A stretch of DNA of 56,102 nucleotides from a virus (lineage: Duplodnaviria > Caudoviricetes). The position numbers were made by a program, and so were the translations under genes. Where the stretch lies: IMG/VR virus record IMGVR_UViG_3300022198_005692, positions 1 through 56,102 of that record; one strand, 5' to 3'. The notes under the pieces are model-generated. The model was given only the letters and a program-made list of their open reading frames with translations. It made no database searches and was not told where the DNA came from. Positions 30,418-40,800 of this stretch are shown here, piece by piece. Within the stretch, counting starts at the first letter, position 1. The number at the start of each line of letters is the position of its first letter.

Positions 30418-31044
30418 TCAAAAATTGCCACCATCAGTTATGGTTATTAGGGTATTTATATCATTTACAACATATTTTTGTTCGGTTTCATTAAATACAA
30501 CAACACTTTGATTCACTCTATTTTCATCATTTACGTCTAATAAGTCCCCCAAAGATGGCTTATTTCCAATATGCCATACCTCATTTGAGTTTATACTCAA
30601 TGACTCCGCGTTTACCCCACCTTGTACTTCAACATCACCAATTACTTCTAAGACTAATAGATTATTAGTCTCTCCCTCGGTCCCTACTTGAACTTTTTTA
30701 AATTTTGATGGTATCTCAATCCACTCTGAGATGGAGCTGTCCCATGCCTTAAGCGAATAAAAACCGTCACCAGAACTACTATCTATCCAACACTCCCCAT
30801 TTGAAAGTTCTAGATAATATCCATTTTGTTCAGCATCGGCATTTGGAGCAGTAGGACCAAAATGAATTGGACCTATTTTCCTTATTTTTCTAGTCCCGTC
30901 TGGTTCTAAAGCCTTAAAATATAGTCCTGGATCTTCAGAATTATAATTAAGAGCTAGTTCTCCGTTATCTATATCATACAACTCAGGTCTTTTTGAAAGA
31001 ACAGAAGACCGCCTGAGTAAAATTTTATCTCTTAATTCGGCCAT
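30418..31044 (-). CDS. Short fibre / adaptor protein
   Basis: KILLRRS...GELALNY N-terminal domain; ends DGGNF. Confidence 0.65.
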   Translation of the reverse strand: MAELRDKILLRRSSVLSKRPELYDIDNGELALNYNSEDPGLYFKALEPDGTRKIRKIGPIHFGPTAPNADAEQNGYYLELSNGECWIDSSSGDGFYSLKAWDSSISEWIEIPSKFKKVQVGTEGETNNLLVLEVIGDVEVQGGVNAESLSINSNEVWHIGNKPSLGDLLDVNDENRVNQSVVVFNETEQKYVVNDINTLITITDGGNF

Positions 31045-31051
31045 GATTTAA

Positions 31052-31969
31052 TTAATACTCCAATGCATCAATAACATAATTCCTATCATCTCCTTGGACT
31101 ATATTATCAATAATTTCGGTTATATAGCCTTCCACATAATTTTTATTTACGGCGTCAAGTGAGTGTATTGGATCAGCGACACCAGATATCCTTCTTTCAT
31201 TTACTTCAAGTGCGGGTCTCCAAGACTCTATATTTTCTCCTAGTATCAGGTTGCCATAAAATTCCACCTGCCCGGAATTTCTTATTCTGCCAATAGAATT
31301 TGATTCCGAATCTATCCACTGTTGTACTACATTAATTTTATCAGATATAGAAGCCTTTACTGTGAGGGGAATAGCCTCATTTATACCGGGAGAGATGGTA
31401 TTTTCAATAGAAGATACCGGTTGTTTTTTTAAAAAATCTCCTCCTACGTCTATTTGAGATATTAAATTATCTACCTGAGCTTTTGTATAAGTTTGAGAGT
31501 TTGAATAATAATTCTGAGCTAAATAAGAAATAAATTCGCTATATGAATTAGATATTTTTTCATCTACTTCGAATTCTGATATAAATAGTGATATAGATTG
31601 ATTTACTTCTGTTCTTATGGAAGCGAGTAATTTATCTACCTCTTCCTCAGAATATACAAAAGATATATCAGCTTTTGTTTTTAAAAGTTTTTGAATCTCC
31701 GATTTATTATAATAATCTTCTTCACCGGAGATATTTAAAGAGGATCCTTCCGTAAATACATTCGGAGACGAAGAGAAGCTTTGATTTGTATTTAATAGCG
31801 CTTCACGAGAAGTAGGAAGAACTCTACTTGCCCCAGAATCAAAACAACTGGCCCTGGAACCCGAACTAAATACATTACTATTTGATTGATTAGATTGGGT
31901 CCCTTGAGTAGAGGTACTTAAACTTTTTATTGGAGTAGAAGATCCACCACCCCCAAACACTTTAGCCAT
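31052..31969 (-). CDS. Fibre-base / adaptor protein
   Basis: YxKxEV/ID coiled-coil repeats, ISGVADP...DAVNKNYV motif; ends IDALEY. Confidence 0.55.
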   Translation of the reverse strand: MAKVFGGGGSSTPIKSLSTSTQGTQSNQSNSNVFSSGSRASCFDSGASRVLPTSREALLNTNQSFSSSPNVFTEGSSLNISGEEDYYNKSEIQKLLKTKADISFVYSEEEVDKLLASIRTEVNQSISLFISEFEVDEKISNSYSEFISYLAQNYYSNSQTYTKAQVDNLISQIDVGGDFLKKQPVSSIENTISPGINEAIPLTVKASISDKINVVQQWIDSESNSIGRIRNSGQVEFYGNLILGENIESWRPALEVNERRISGVADPIHSLDAVNKNYVEGYITEIIDNIVQGDDRNYVIDALEY

Positions 31970-31975
31970 GATTTA

Positions 31976-33049
31976 TTATCCCTCCTGTGGTTGAGTGAGA
32001 GCGTCTATTTGCTCTTGGGTCAAAACTATCGGGGCTGAGAGAGGCTGAGCCCGGTCATTTAGATCTGGGGTTGTTGGTTTTAGTCTATAGGGCACCGGGA
32101 CTTCAACATAATGCCCAAGCGACCCAATCTGAACAACATCATAGCCTAGGGCAGGCTCCTTCTTTCTCTCGTACTCGAGGCATTTATTTCTATCTGTTCC
32201 TACGCAATATATCTTTTGCCAATATGACCCAGGAGCAAATTTAACGTACTGATTATAAACTTCCTCGGTTGCGGGCATATCTTGGATAGCAATCCATACG
32301 CAGATTACATCTGCGCATTCCCCCTCAACTAAAACAATATCCCCACGTTGATAAAAGAACTCCCTTCTCACCCTAGCGTCTTTCCATACATCAGAGCTGG
32401 AGTCTCTCATGCACTTTTCAAAATCAGCCAAACTGCCACCTTGGGCCTGACAGGACTGAAGTGCCAACTCATACGTCCCTTCGGACCAAGTACTATCCAC
32501 CTCATCCCATTGGTCGTAAAAGTACTTAAGGGAGTAGGGAGCATATCTTTCACGAAGTTCTTCGATTGTGGGCAGACCGACTTGGATCGTGGTCTTCACC
32601 CCACAGACTTTATCCCACTTCGAGTAATCAAACGGACCAGAAATGGAGACAATGTCTTGATTAGCCTCATAAAGTCCTACCTCGTACCCATCGTCTTCTA
32701 TGAGCAGGACTCTCGCCCCTTCTGGATATGCTGTGATACGACGATAGGTACCCACTGACCACTTATCGTCAGTGAGTTCAAAAAATAAGTCCGGGGTGAG
32801 TGAGGATATCTCCCAAGGAAACTCGATCTCCCCCCAAGTTTTATATAATCCCTTCTGAGTTGAGTAGATAGAGTAGTTGTCAAAAAGTTCTTGAATACTA
32901 ATCCCACAAGTATTCAGATCTTCTCTGGCACATGACCTATCTACTACGTTCCCTTCAACGTTCCCATCAGGTATCGCCTCAACTGCATTAATCTGATCCT
33001 CAGAGGGCTGCTCAAAGCACCCCCTAAAGTAGAGGTTGGAGAGAGACAT
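31976..33049 (-). CDS. Hypothetical virion protein with two CBM5/12-like repeats
   Basis: YPEGARV...KWDKV and YQRGDIV...YWQKI segments; Cys-rich. Confidence 0.45.
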   Translation of the reverse strand: MSLSNLYFRGCFEQPSEDQINAVEAIPDGNVEGNVVDRSCAREDLNTCGISIQELFDNYSIYSTQKGLYKTWGEIEFPWEISSLTPDLFFELTDDKWSVGTYRRITAYPEGARVLLIEDDGYEVGLYEANQDIVSISGPFDYSKWDKVCGVKTTIQVGLPTIEELRERYAPYSLKYFYDQWDEVDSTWSEGTYELALQSCQAQGGSLADFEKCMRDSSSDVWKDARVRREFFYQRGDIVLVEGECADVICVWIAIQDMPATEEVYNQYVKFAPGSYWQKIYCVGTDRNKCLEYERKKEPALGYDVVQIGSLGHYVEVPVPYRLKPTTPDLNDRAQPLSAPIVLTQEQIDALTQPQEG

Positions 33050-33071
33050 ACTTCAACCTCGCAAATAGGAA

Positions 33072-33500
33072 TCAATTGTAGGTAAATGTATCCATCACGA
33101 ACGTTAGTTCGATGGTGGCAGGGTTTGAGGATGTACGGTCAGCGGTGCCAAAGTTAAGCGATGTCATTTGAGCATCGGGAATAGTGATGGTGCGCTGGCC
33201 GAGGGGTTGAGGGTCCTCGCCGCAAGTGACAGGGGTGATGGTGAGAGTTACAAACTCACAACCATATGCCTTCCAGAAGTCGACGATATCAAAATGCCTC
33301 TCAGGATCGAAAGGAACCGAGAGGGTTACTTCGGAGAGGGTGCGGGGACCGCGGAGGTTAAAAATACGGCCTCTTACGCCGTCTGCGTATTGGGATGTTC
33401 CGGCAGTATCTCTAATTCCACTAAAGTTTGTAAAGTAGTGGGCGAAGGGAGAAGCCTGCAGCCAAAATTGTGATTGTGCGATTGGTTTATAATTAAGCAT
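33072..33500 (-). CDS. Tail tube protein (gp19/CIS-tube-like)
   Basis: 142 aa; FTNFSGI, EVTLS, FWK and TIELTF pattern typical of contractile tail tubes. Confidence 0.65.
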   Translation of the reverse strand: MLNYKPIAQSQFWLQASPFAHYFTNFSGIRDTAGTSQYADGVRGRIFNLRGPRTLSEVTLSVPFDPERHFDIVDFWKAYGCEFVTLTITPVTCGEDPQPLGQRTITIPDAQMTSLNFGTADRTSSNPATIELTFVMDTFTYN

Positions 33501-33538
33501 GACAGGAATGCTATAAGATATTTATCTCTATCTAGTAT

Positions 33539-34300
33539 TTAAACAATGTTGTTCTTAACATTTTCAACTCTCCATCCACGATAATATTTTAAAGAACCAT
33601 TAGCAAGGCTATACATATGTCCAGAACTTAATCCCCGCTCTTTTGCAAATTTCTTAAGGCTTTTACATATATACTTATTACCATCGGGATCAATTACTTC
33701 CCATATATTACCAAAAATTTTGCATCTAGTATTACTAATACCTTCACAATGAGAGGGTTTATTTTTCATACCCTTCCTATGGCCGATCTTTCCCCACATA
33801 TGATGTTTTTCACCACTTGTTGATTTACTAATTTTTTTCTTCATACTCTCTGGCATTGCTTTCCCCTTAAGGGGATGCTGATTATTTTTATAATAATTTT
33901 TCACCTTCATAGCAATATCAGCTTTATATTCTGGATTAGACATCAAAGATTTTGTTCTATTAGAAGTAATTTTAGAGATTTCTTGCTTAAGCTCTTCGTA
34001 TAATTTTGATGAGATATTATGAATTGCATTAGAATCTTGACTAAAGCACATTCTCCACGCAGCATAAGCCATTTTAGTAGTCCTTTGATCTTTTTCCCCG
34101 TATCTTTTTAAAAATCCCTTCCATAAAAGCATGTGAGCAATATAATGCTCCCTCGCCGTAAGACATACTACCTTGGAATTCTTTCCAAAGATAGACTTTG
34201 GGAATATATGATGTTTTTCAAAATAAGGATCTTTCCCTTTCTTCCAATTTCTATCTGATGCCTTACGCATTAAAGTGCAATAATGTTTTAAATAATTCAT
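33539..34300 (-). CDS. Free-standing HNH homing endonuclease with NUMOD3-like repeats
   Basis: EKHHIFPKS...LTAREHYIAHMLL and basic NUMOD-like tail. The true start is probably the ATG at 34300 (TAATG overlap with the portal stop), not 34363. Confidence 0.85.
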   Translation of the reverse strand: MNYLKHYCTLMRKASDRNWKKGKDPYFEKHHIFPKSIFGKNSKVVCLTAREHYIAHMLLWKGFLKRYGEKDQRTTKMAYAAWRMCFSQDSNAIHNISSKLYEELKQEISKITSNRTKSLMSNPEYKADIAMKVKNYYKNNQHPLKGKAMPESMKKKISKSTSGEKHHMWGKIGHRKGMKNKPSHCEGISNTRCKIFGNIWEVIDPDGNKYICKSLKKFAKERGLSSGHMYSLANGSLKYYRGWRVENVKNNIV

Positions 34301-36243
34301 TACATAAAGTACGGGGCAAAATACTTCATATACCCTGCCTTTTGGCAATCTACCACCACACATTCTTTATACACCACTTTGCGATTTAACCTATAAATTT
34401 TCTTATAGAGGTTAATAAGTCGCTGAACGTCACACTCACTCATTCGATCCACTCTCACCTGACTCTCAATACCTCCTAACTCCATCTCAGATGAGGAACT
34501 AACCATAGAATCTTCTGGGGAGATATACGGAGCCTTTTTAATCTCTTCGATAAGCCTCCGTACTCCGTGAGCAATTTCACCTGGTGAGGTATACTCATCG
34601 ATATGAAGTCGGGAATTAGAAGCATCTGCCTCAGAATCACCAGAAGAGATAATCCGCTGGAACCCAACATCATCAAGCGAGCCATCAAACTTAGAGGCAA
34701 TGATTTTGGCAACCTTGTCTTTCTGGGTCTTATCATCCAGGTCGTTATCCTCGTCAAACTCAGAAAAATCAAACAACTCAAGATGGGCACCTGGGTCGCC
34801 TCCAAAAGCGCCCATAGAGCCGTTTTCCACGTCCTGTGGGTTTTTATCCTCGGACATTGGCGCCTGGCCCTCAAGCCCGCCCGGGGGTGCTCCGCCGGGA
34901 GGCATGCCGCCCATCATCTGGCTCATATCCACCTTGCCAAGAGACGGAATCTCAAGTTTATCTCTTACCCAATCAAGGTCCTTGACTTCGTAGCCAATGG
35001 CCTGGAGCTGGGTAAGCATTTGAACAATCTTAACGGGGTCTTCGCGTTGCTCTAGATCGTCGAAGTTCCTACGGAGACGAGGAATCGGTGCCCCTGGATA
35101 GTTAAGTTCAACAATCCAGCGAATAAGAGTTGCATTAAGCGTCTCATCCAACTCTTCCGAAAACGCCTTAGCTTTACGCATACGCACCGAGTCGGAAATT
35201 TGATCACGGGCATAAGATCCAACATTGCCTGTCTCTTGGCCAACAGTATTCTCTCCATTGATCACAAAACTGATTTGTTGATCCACATACTCAATCAGTT
35301 TTTCATATACCTCTGAGCGACCTTGACTCTCAAGCCAGCTAATATCCATCTCATCAGGGACAACAATAGCTGTCTCTTGACCAAGGCGTTGGAGAGCGGT
35401 GAAAAGGGCGTTTACCTCATCTTCGGGCGTGCCAAGTGAGAACTTACCGACCGCAGTGGGAGTGGTATGCTTATCCGCATACTGCAGCCAGAAAGACATC
35501 AGAGTCCGTCTGAATTCCACGAGGCTATAGAGCTGGCGGCCGAGGCCAGTGCCATACGGATCCATGAAGTTGCTATAGCACCAGTGTCTATGGATGATCA
35601 TAGAACGGAGGGGAAGGGCAATACCTTCTACCGAGCTCTCCACAGTGAGTAGGCGTGGGGAGATTGTACCGTCCTCATTAAGGACAAAAAGAAACCTTCT
35701 CGGATCGCGGATTTTAATTTCGGATGGGACAATGTAATTTCCCTGTCTCATCCAGCATATCTCACCGATGCTAATTCCAAGGATAAGAGATTCACATAAC
35801 CCTCTGATAAATGTATCAAATGCGGAGTTAGAACTCACCAACATCTCTTTACCATATGCCTGGCGGGTATTCGTGCCCATACGGTAGAGTACTTGACGGA
35901 CAAACTCTGCCACCTCCTCGTCACGATCGGACGGACTTGCTGGATCTACCTCCCATTTACGTTGGATAATCTCTCCTGTTAATTTCTCCCATGCAGATAT
36001 AATTTGGCTGTCATTAAACAGCCGCATGTACTTCTCGATTGCTCGAGGTCCGCCACCACCTTCCTCAATAAGGATATCATCACGACGAGGAAGGATCGTG
36101 CCACCTGTGATGTACCCATTTCCCGCAAAAGCATAAGGATCGGCCTTATACCCCGCAAGACCGCCCTGACCTACTCCTAACGAGAAGTATCTGTCATAAT
36201 ATCCCGTTTTGGGTTTTGTTATTGAAGGGCGGTCGTCGGCCAT
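34300..36243 (-). CDS. Portal protein (Mu gp29 / DUF935-like) with C-terminal extension
   Basis: W(EV)DPAS, PYGTGL, FWLQYADKH, QQISFVINGE, GSYA and TLIRWIVELNYPG..PRL match DUF935-type portals. Confidence 0.85.
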   Translation of the reverse strand: MADDRPSITKPKTGYYDRYFSLGVGQGGLAGYKADPYAFAGNGYITGGTILPRRDDILIEEGGGGPRAIEKYMRLFNDSQIISAWEKLTGEIIQRKWEVDPASPSDRDEEVAEFVRQVLYRMGTNTRQAYGKEMLVSSNSAFDTFIRGLCESLILGISIGEICWMRQGNYIVPSEIKIRDPRRFLFVLNEDGTISPRLLTVESSVEGIALPLRSMIIHRHWCYSNFMDPYGTGLGRQLYSLVEFRRTLMSFWLQYADKHTTPTAVGKFSLGTPEDEVNALFTALQRLGQETAIVVPDEMDISWLESQGRSEVYEKLIEYVDQQISFVINGENTVGQETGNVGSYARDQISDSVRMRKAKAFSEELDETLNATLIRWIVELNYPGAPIPRLRRNFDDLEQREDPVKIVQMLTQLQAIGYEVKDLDWVRDKLEIPSLGKVDMSQMMGGMPPGGAPPGGLEGQAPMSEDKNPQDVENGSMGAFGGDPGAHLELFDFSEFDEDNDLDDKTQKDKVAKIIASKFDGSLDDVGFQRIISSGDSEADASNSRLHIDEYTSPGEIAHGVRRLIEEIKKAPYISPEDSMVSSSSEMELGGIESQVRVDRMSECDVQRLINLYKKIYRLNRKVVYKECVVVDCQKAGYMKYFAPYFM

Positions 36244-36251
36244 TCTTTTAC

Positions 36252-36443
36252 CTACTCTGAAGGTTTATCATCTTTTTTATCTTTAAACTTAGACTGATCG
36301 ATATAGACTACATCAAGGTCGAGGATGATGTCACGGAGTTCTTCAGCTGTGATTTCTCCGTTCTCGTATCGTTCAATGGCCTCTTCTGCTCCGTCGACAA
36401 TTACATTTTGCCCGGCGGTAAGTACATTTATGCCTTTTTCCAT
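36252..36443 (-). CDS. Hypothetical protein
   Basis: 63 aa, overlaps the upstream gene; GEITAEE motif. Confidence 0.5.
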   Translation of the reverse strand: MEKGINVLTAGQNVIVDGAEEAIERYENGEITAEELRDIILDLDVVYIDQSKFKDKKDDKPSE

Positions 36444-37405
36444 TTTTCTTGGTCCTCACGAGTAGAGTTTAAAATGTCATAGAGTTGTTGCTGCCACTTC
36501 TCCTCAAAAGAGGCGATATGAAGATGCCATTTCTTCGGCCACTCAGCGGCTGAGTAGCGATGCTCTAGCTCTTCAGGGAGGGTTGTGGTAAATACTTTTC
36601 GCAAGGCCCCCACCCCTGCAGCTACAAAGTTCTTGCGATTCTTCGTATAGTATTTTTCCAAGATCTCCAAAGAGACATAGGGGAAAGTTTTCTCAAATTC
36701 TGAGAATAATGGCGAGTTCTTAATATCATATTTGCTCTCTTCGACAATTTTTTCAGAGACATACATGTACGCTTCATCCAAGATCTCTCCGATAAGTGTT
36801 ATGTTGAATGGGCATTGCTCATAGTCATTGATCTCTTTCCAGAAGACTTTTAGAGATTCATACGCGGCAACTATACTATGCTTACTAAACTTAGAAAGTT
36901 TTTCTCCTACTTCTTTTTTCAAAGAAGGAATATAACTCATATCAGAAGCCTCTGGCCATTTTGCTGCTCGGTGTGAACAGCCTGAAACCCAAAGGAATAT
37001 GATCAGAAGAGTTTTAATCCGCCCCTCTTTTAGATCTTTTAGCGGAAGAACATTATTCTCATTTACATGAAAATACCAGTTTTCAAAAAGTTTTGTCGCC
37101 CGCTCATTAGCTCCCTCCCAAACCCGAGTCTTTGAAATCATCCCGAGGTGCTTATCAGTACAAGCCCCATAAGAACTTAGTTCATTGAATTTTTTATCTT
37201 CTTTTGAAAATTCTGAGTCGGATTTTACCGGAGAGGATCGACGGGAGGATGATGCGCTGAGCCTCAATTCCTCAATCTTCAGCTCATGAGCAAATGTCGC
37301 TTCTGTCTTCCAACGGTCATACTCAATTAGCCTATCCAGAATAACCTCATAGGCTGATTCATTTTTCAATTCTGAGGCAATACTAACTAGTTGTTGAAGT
37401 TCCAA
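36428..37405 (-). CDS. Hypothetical protein
   Basis: 325-aa ORF in an operon; no recognised motif. Confidence 0.6.
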   Translation of the reverse strand: MELQQLVSIASELKNESAYEVILDRLIEYDRWKTEATFAHELKIEELRLSASSSRRSSPVKSDSEFSKEDKKFNELSSYGACTDKHLGMISKTRVWEGANERATKLFENWYFHVNENNVLPLKDLKEGRIKTLLIIFLWVSGCSHRAAKWPEASDMSYIPSLKKEVGEKLSKFSKHSIVAAYESLKVFWKEINDYEQCPFNITLIGEILDEAYMYVSEKIVEESKYDIKNSPLFSEFEKTFPYVSLEILEKYYTKNRKNFVAAGVGALRKVFTTTLPEELEHRYSAAEWPKKWHLHIASFEEKWQQQLYDILNSTREDQEKWKKA

Positions 37406-37832
37406 GTTTCCGTAAAGCGACGTCGATATACCCTATTATATCACGGTAGGTATTGGTATCAATCACTTTGTTAAACAACTTAGGATCTACTCGTCCTAGA
37501 TCCATGCCAGCAGTCAAGATACGATCTATGTACTCATAGACAGAATTACCAGGCTCCTCATACATAAAAATAATCGGGCCATCATTACCTTCTAGGCCTT
37601 CTACGACCCCCAAAGTCTTAAAAATCTCCCCGAGAGTCCCACAATCATATCCACAGAACACGATAAAATCAGCGGATTTAATGGCAGGATCGGTTAACCC
37701 CTGCCTTGTCTTCAACTCAACTCCATCCTTTTCTGTCAGCACCTGCTCAAGGTGTACCGCCATCTTATTCATGTCCGACATCTCATCGACATTTTTCCCC
37801 TTGAGGAGGAGTACGGAGATTTTTGATTGCAT
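37383..37832 (-). CDS. LOG/SLOG-like nucleotide-binding protein (degenerate)
   Basis: SADFIVFCGYDCGTLGEIF resembles the LOG DAFIALPGGxGTLEE motif, followed by a GPIIFM strand. Confidence 0.45.
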   Translation of the reverse strand: MQSKISVLLLKGKNVDEMSDMNKMAVHLEQVLTEKDGVELKTRQGLTDPAIKSADFIVFCGYDCGTLGEIFKTLGVVEGLEGNDGPIIFMYEEPGNSVYEYIDRILTAGMDLGRVDPKLFNKVIDTNTYRDIIGYIDVALRKLGTSTTS

Positions 37833-37854
37833 TGATCGATCTTAAGTCCCATAG

Positions 37855-37875
37855 CTTTAAACTTAAAGTTTAAAG
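37855..37875. promoter_or_regulatory. Back-to-back GTTTAAAG candidate late promoters (representative of a window-wide motif)
   Basis: CTTTAAAC 37855-37862 and GTTTAAAG 37868-37875 each lie 22-23 nt from divergent start codons; the same arrangement occurs at 46447/46461 and 55907/55921. Confidence 0.6.
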
Positions 37876-37896
37876 TTTAAAAAAGCGAAGTGGCAG

Positions 37897-40800
37897 ATGA
37901 GTTCAGCTCTGATAGAAATACTGAGTCCTAGAATTTCTGTAATCATCTCTCAAGGTTTTTCTGCCTATGAGAGACAATTTGGATCGTTTAATACGGACAA
38001 GCAGAGAAAAGAACTCGAGAATGTAGTCAATAAGTTATTCCCAATTATTATTGAACGGATACAGAATGGCGATCCAGTATCAATCGATCCTCTAAAAACC
38101 ATTATTCTTGAGGGACTGTTTGCGGTAGGTATTGGTCAGCCATATCCCTCAGAATTATTTGACTCAATTATCAATGTTATCGAGTCATATGCCAATGAGT
38201 TGCCCGGTGGTTATACAGAATTCCTAAGAACTATTAAGGAATACGGGAACCTTATCAAAACCGGGGTTGCTGATATTAATTTTTTCTCGGCATCTTCAGT
38301 TTTTGACATTCTTCAAACCCCAGAAGAGTATCAATATTCCGAAGATCAGTTTCACTTCTCGCCATTGCAGATTGACGAAAATTCTCGTAGGTTATATACC
38401 CTTCTCCCTAAAGAGAGATACTGGGAAACTTTCCGCGAGTTATCTGATGATACCTCATACTCTCCACTGAGCTATAATAGGGTGGCCGGGCAGATTGGCA
38501 AACCATCCTACCGTCTTGCAATAAATTACGATGATTTAATCATCTACGAGGGAGAGTTATATAAACTCAATTCAAATATCTCTTCCCCATCACGGGAATT
38601 TTTTGAACCGACTCAGTGGACTAAGTATACCTCAAAAAGACTTAATTCGCTGGCAAGATTTAAAGCGGTCTTCGATAAAAACATCGAGCAGTACTACGTT
38701 GGGTTTTTGGAGAATGGCTTTGATATCAACTCGATCTCCTCCGACTCTAAGATAGAGGATTATGCTCCAGCGACTGTGGTAAATGAAGGTCTCCTTTCCA
38801 CAACCTTCGGTGGAGAAGGTAAAGCATTGTTCAGTGCGATCAAAAGGTTGAAGTCTTTGGCGGATTATTTTGGGGCTTATGAGGGGTCTATTGTAGGTGG
38901 GGTGGAGTATATTACCAAATACTCTGAGTACCTTTTCGCATGCGCCTATGGTCGTAATGAAGGTGGGGCATTTGAAATTATCAATAATCAAACCTCTTTT
39001 GGAAGATTTGATATACTTTTTGTATCAAAAACTACTACTAATAGAATTCCCGGTCTGAATTTCTTAAAGGGATTTATTAAACTAAGGTCCTTTGCTCATA
39101 GACAGCAGATGACTGACGCTATAGATATCTCAAAACAAACAATAACCTATAACCCGATTTACATCCAGTATAAGGATGGAGTGGCGGATAGATATGTACC
39201 TAAAGTTAAAAAGGATACCTATACCCTAGCTCCACAAATCGATTTACTTCTCTCCAGCCTAGAAACTCTTTATAATAGGTGTCTGTATCTAGGTGATTTA
39301 ACAAAAGCAACTCTGGATTCTTTGGATGATAGAGGGAGGTTGGCTGGTTATGAAGGGTTGGGATCTCTTGAACCACAATTAAAAGAACTTCAAAGAATAT
39401 TCCCTCCGAGTTCTTATATCAATGACCTACCCGCTGGAGTCGGACCTGGCCTATCTGGTAGTATCAAGTTCTTACTCGAGGCATACTCTCGCCTATCAAG
39501 AACATTTATCTTCACACAATTACCAGGCAAGTCATTAGAATTCATACTAGAAGTCTCCTCAGCGATCAATGAGCAGATAAAAAATATCATTGACACAATA
39601 AACAAACTCAGTATCTCCTCATTCTCTTACCTACCAAACATCTCGACAAAATCCTTCCAGTCTCAAAATACCGCGATTATTAGTTTCTTGAGATCTCTTG
39701 GGTTCAAAGACGCTGAGATCAATAACCTCCTGCAGGCGAGTAATTTTACCGAGTTGGTGGCATCCTTTGCTCCAATTTCTGACTCAAATGACCTCAAATC
39801 GTTTCTAAAGGGTTTTGAGTTATCGCAATTAATTTATGAGATCGGGGGAGATGAGGGTATTAATGCCTACCTTTCATTCCTCTACTCAACATCAGACCTT
39901 GATGGGCTATTAAATATCCTATCAATAGCTCAAAAGGATAAATCAAAGGCTACCTATATCCAGATCAGTCAGTATCCTAAGTTAGTAGGTTTGTTAATCG
40001 GACTTACTTATGCAATCGATCCGAATCAGTTAGTTAAGTTTACCAAACTACTTGGACAAAATAACCTAACCCTACTTGAGTCGATTACTTATCTCTTCCA
40101 ATCTGGCCAAGAGAATATCATCAAGTCCAGAGACAATGTTGAGATTCTCCAACCAATTATCGACCAAGTCATTCAAGGGAACTATTCTGATCCCTTTGCT
40201 TCCCCCGATCTTACATACCCTCAGGCCAATAAGACGGTTCCCATCGCCCTTAAGCAGTGGACAGAACTTCTTGGTGATAATTTGGGCAATATTCCTTCTA
40301 TTAGTTTTATTAGAAACCTTTATGATAAGTCGGTAGGTCTAACCGCAAAAGAACTCATCGGGATTTTAGGCACCACCTCCCCTATAACTCCATTGGGGCA
40401 GATGTTGGATGGGTTTAATGGGGGGAATTTTACGAGGTTTATTCAGTATGCCAACATTACCGGCCTTGGGATAAAACTTGGGTATTACAAAAACTCATCT
40501 CAGCTAAATAACTTCAAACTAGAGCAACGCGCGTCATCTCTGGGTATCCTTCCATTATTAGAAGCATTAGAGAATACTGTCGAGGCAATCAATATCATTA
40601 ATATTATCTTTGAATCAAATCTAGATTATACCCATACCTCTGAAAATAGCGAAAGACTACAAACTCTCCTAAACGCTCAGAATAAAACTTATGAGTCATT
40701 GAGCGAGACTGTATCCAGATTACTTTCTTCTACCGAGGAGGAAAACACCCCATCAATCAGAACTTTTGCTGGCAACGCTCCGATCCTTGAGTCTCCTGGA

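Noticed and set aside
33539-34300. HNH gene as part of an intron
   Set aside because: No group I P/Q/R/S elements or non-coding flanks, and both neighbouring genes appear intact.
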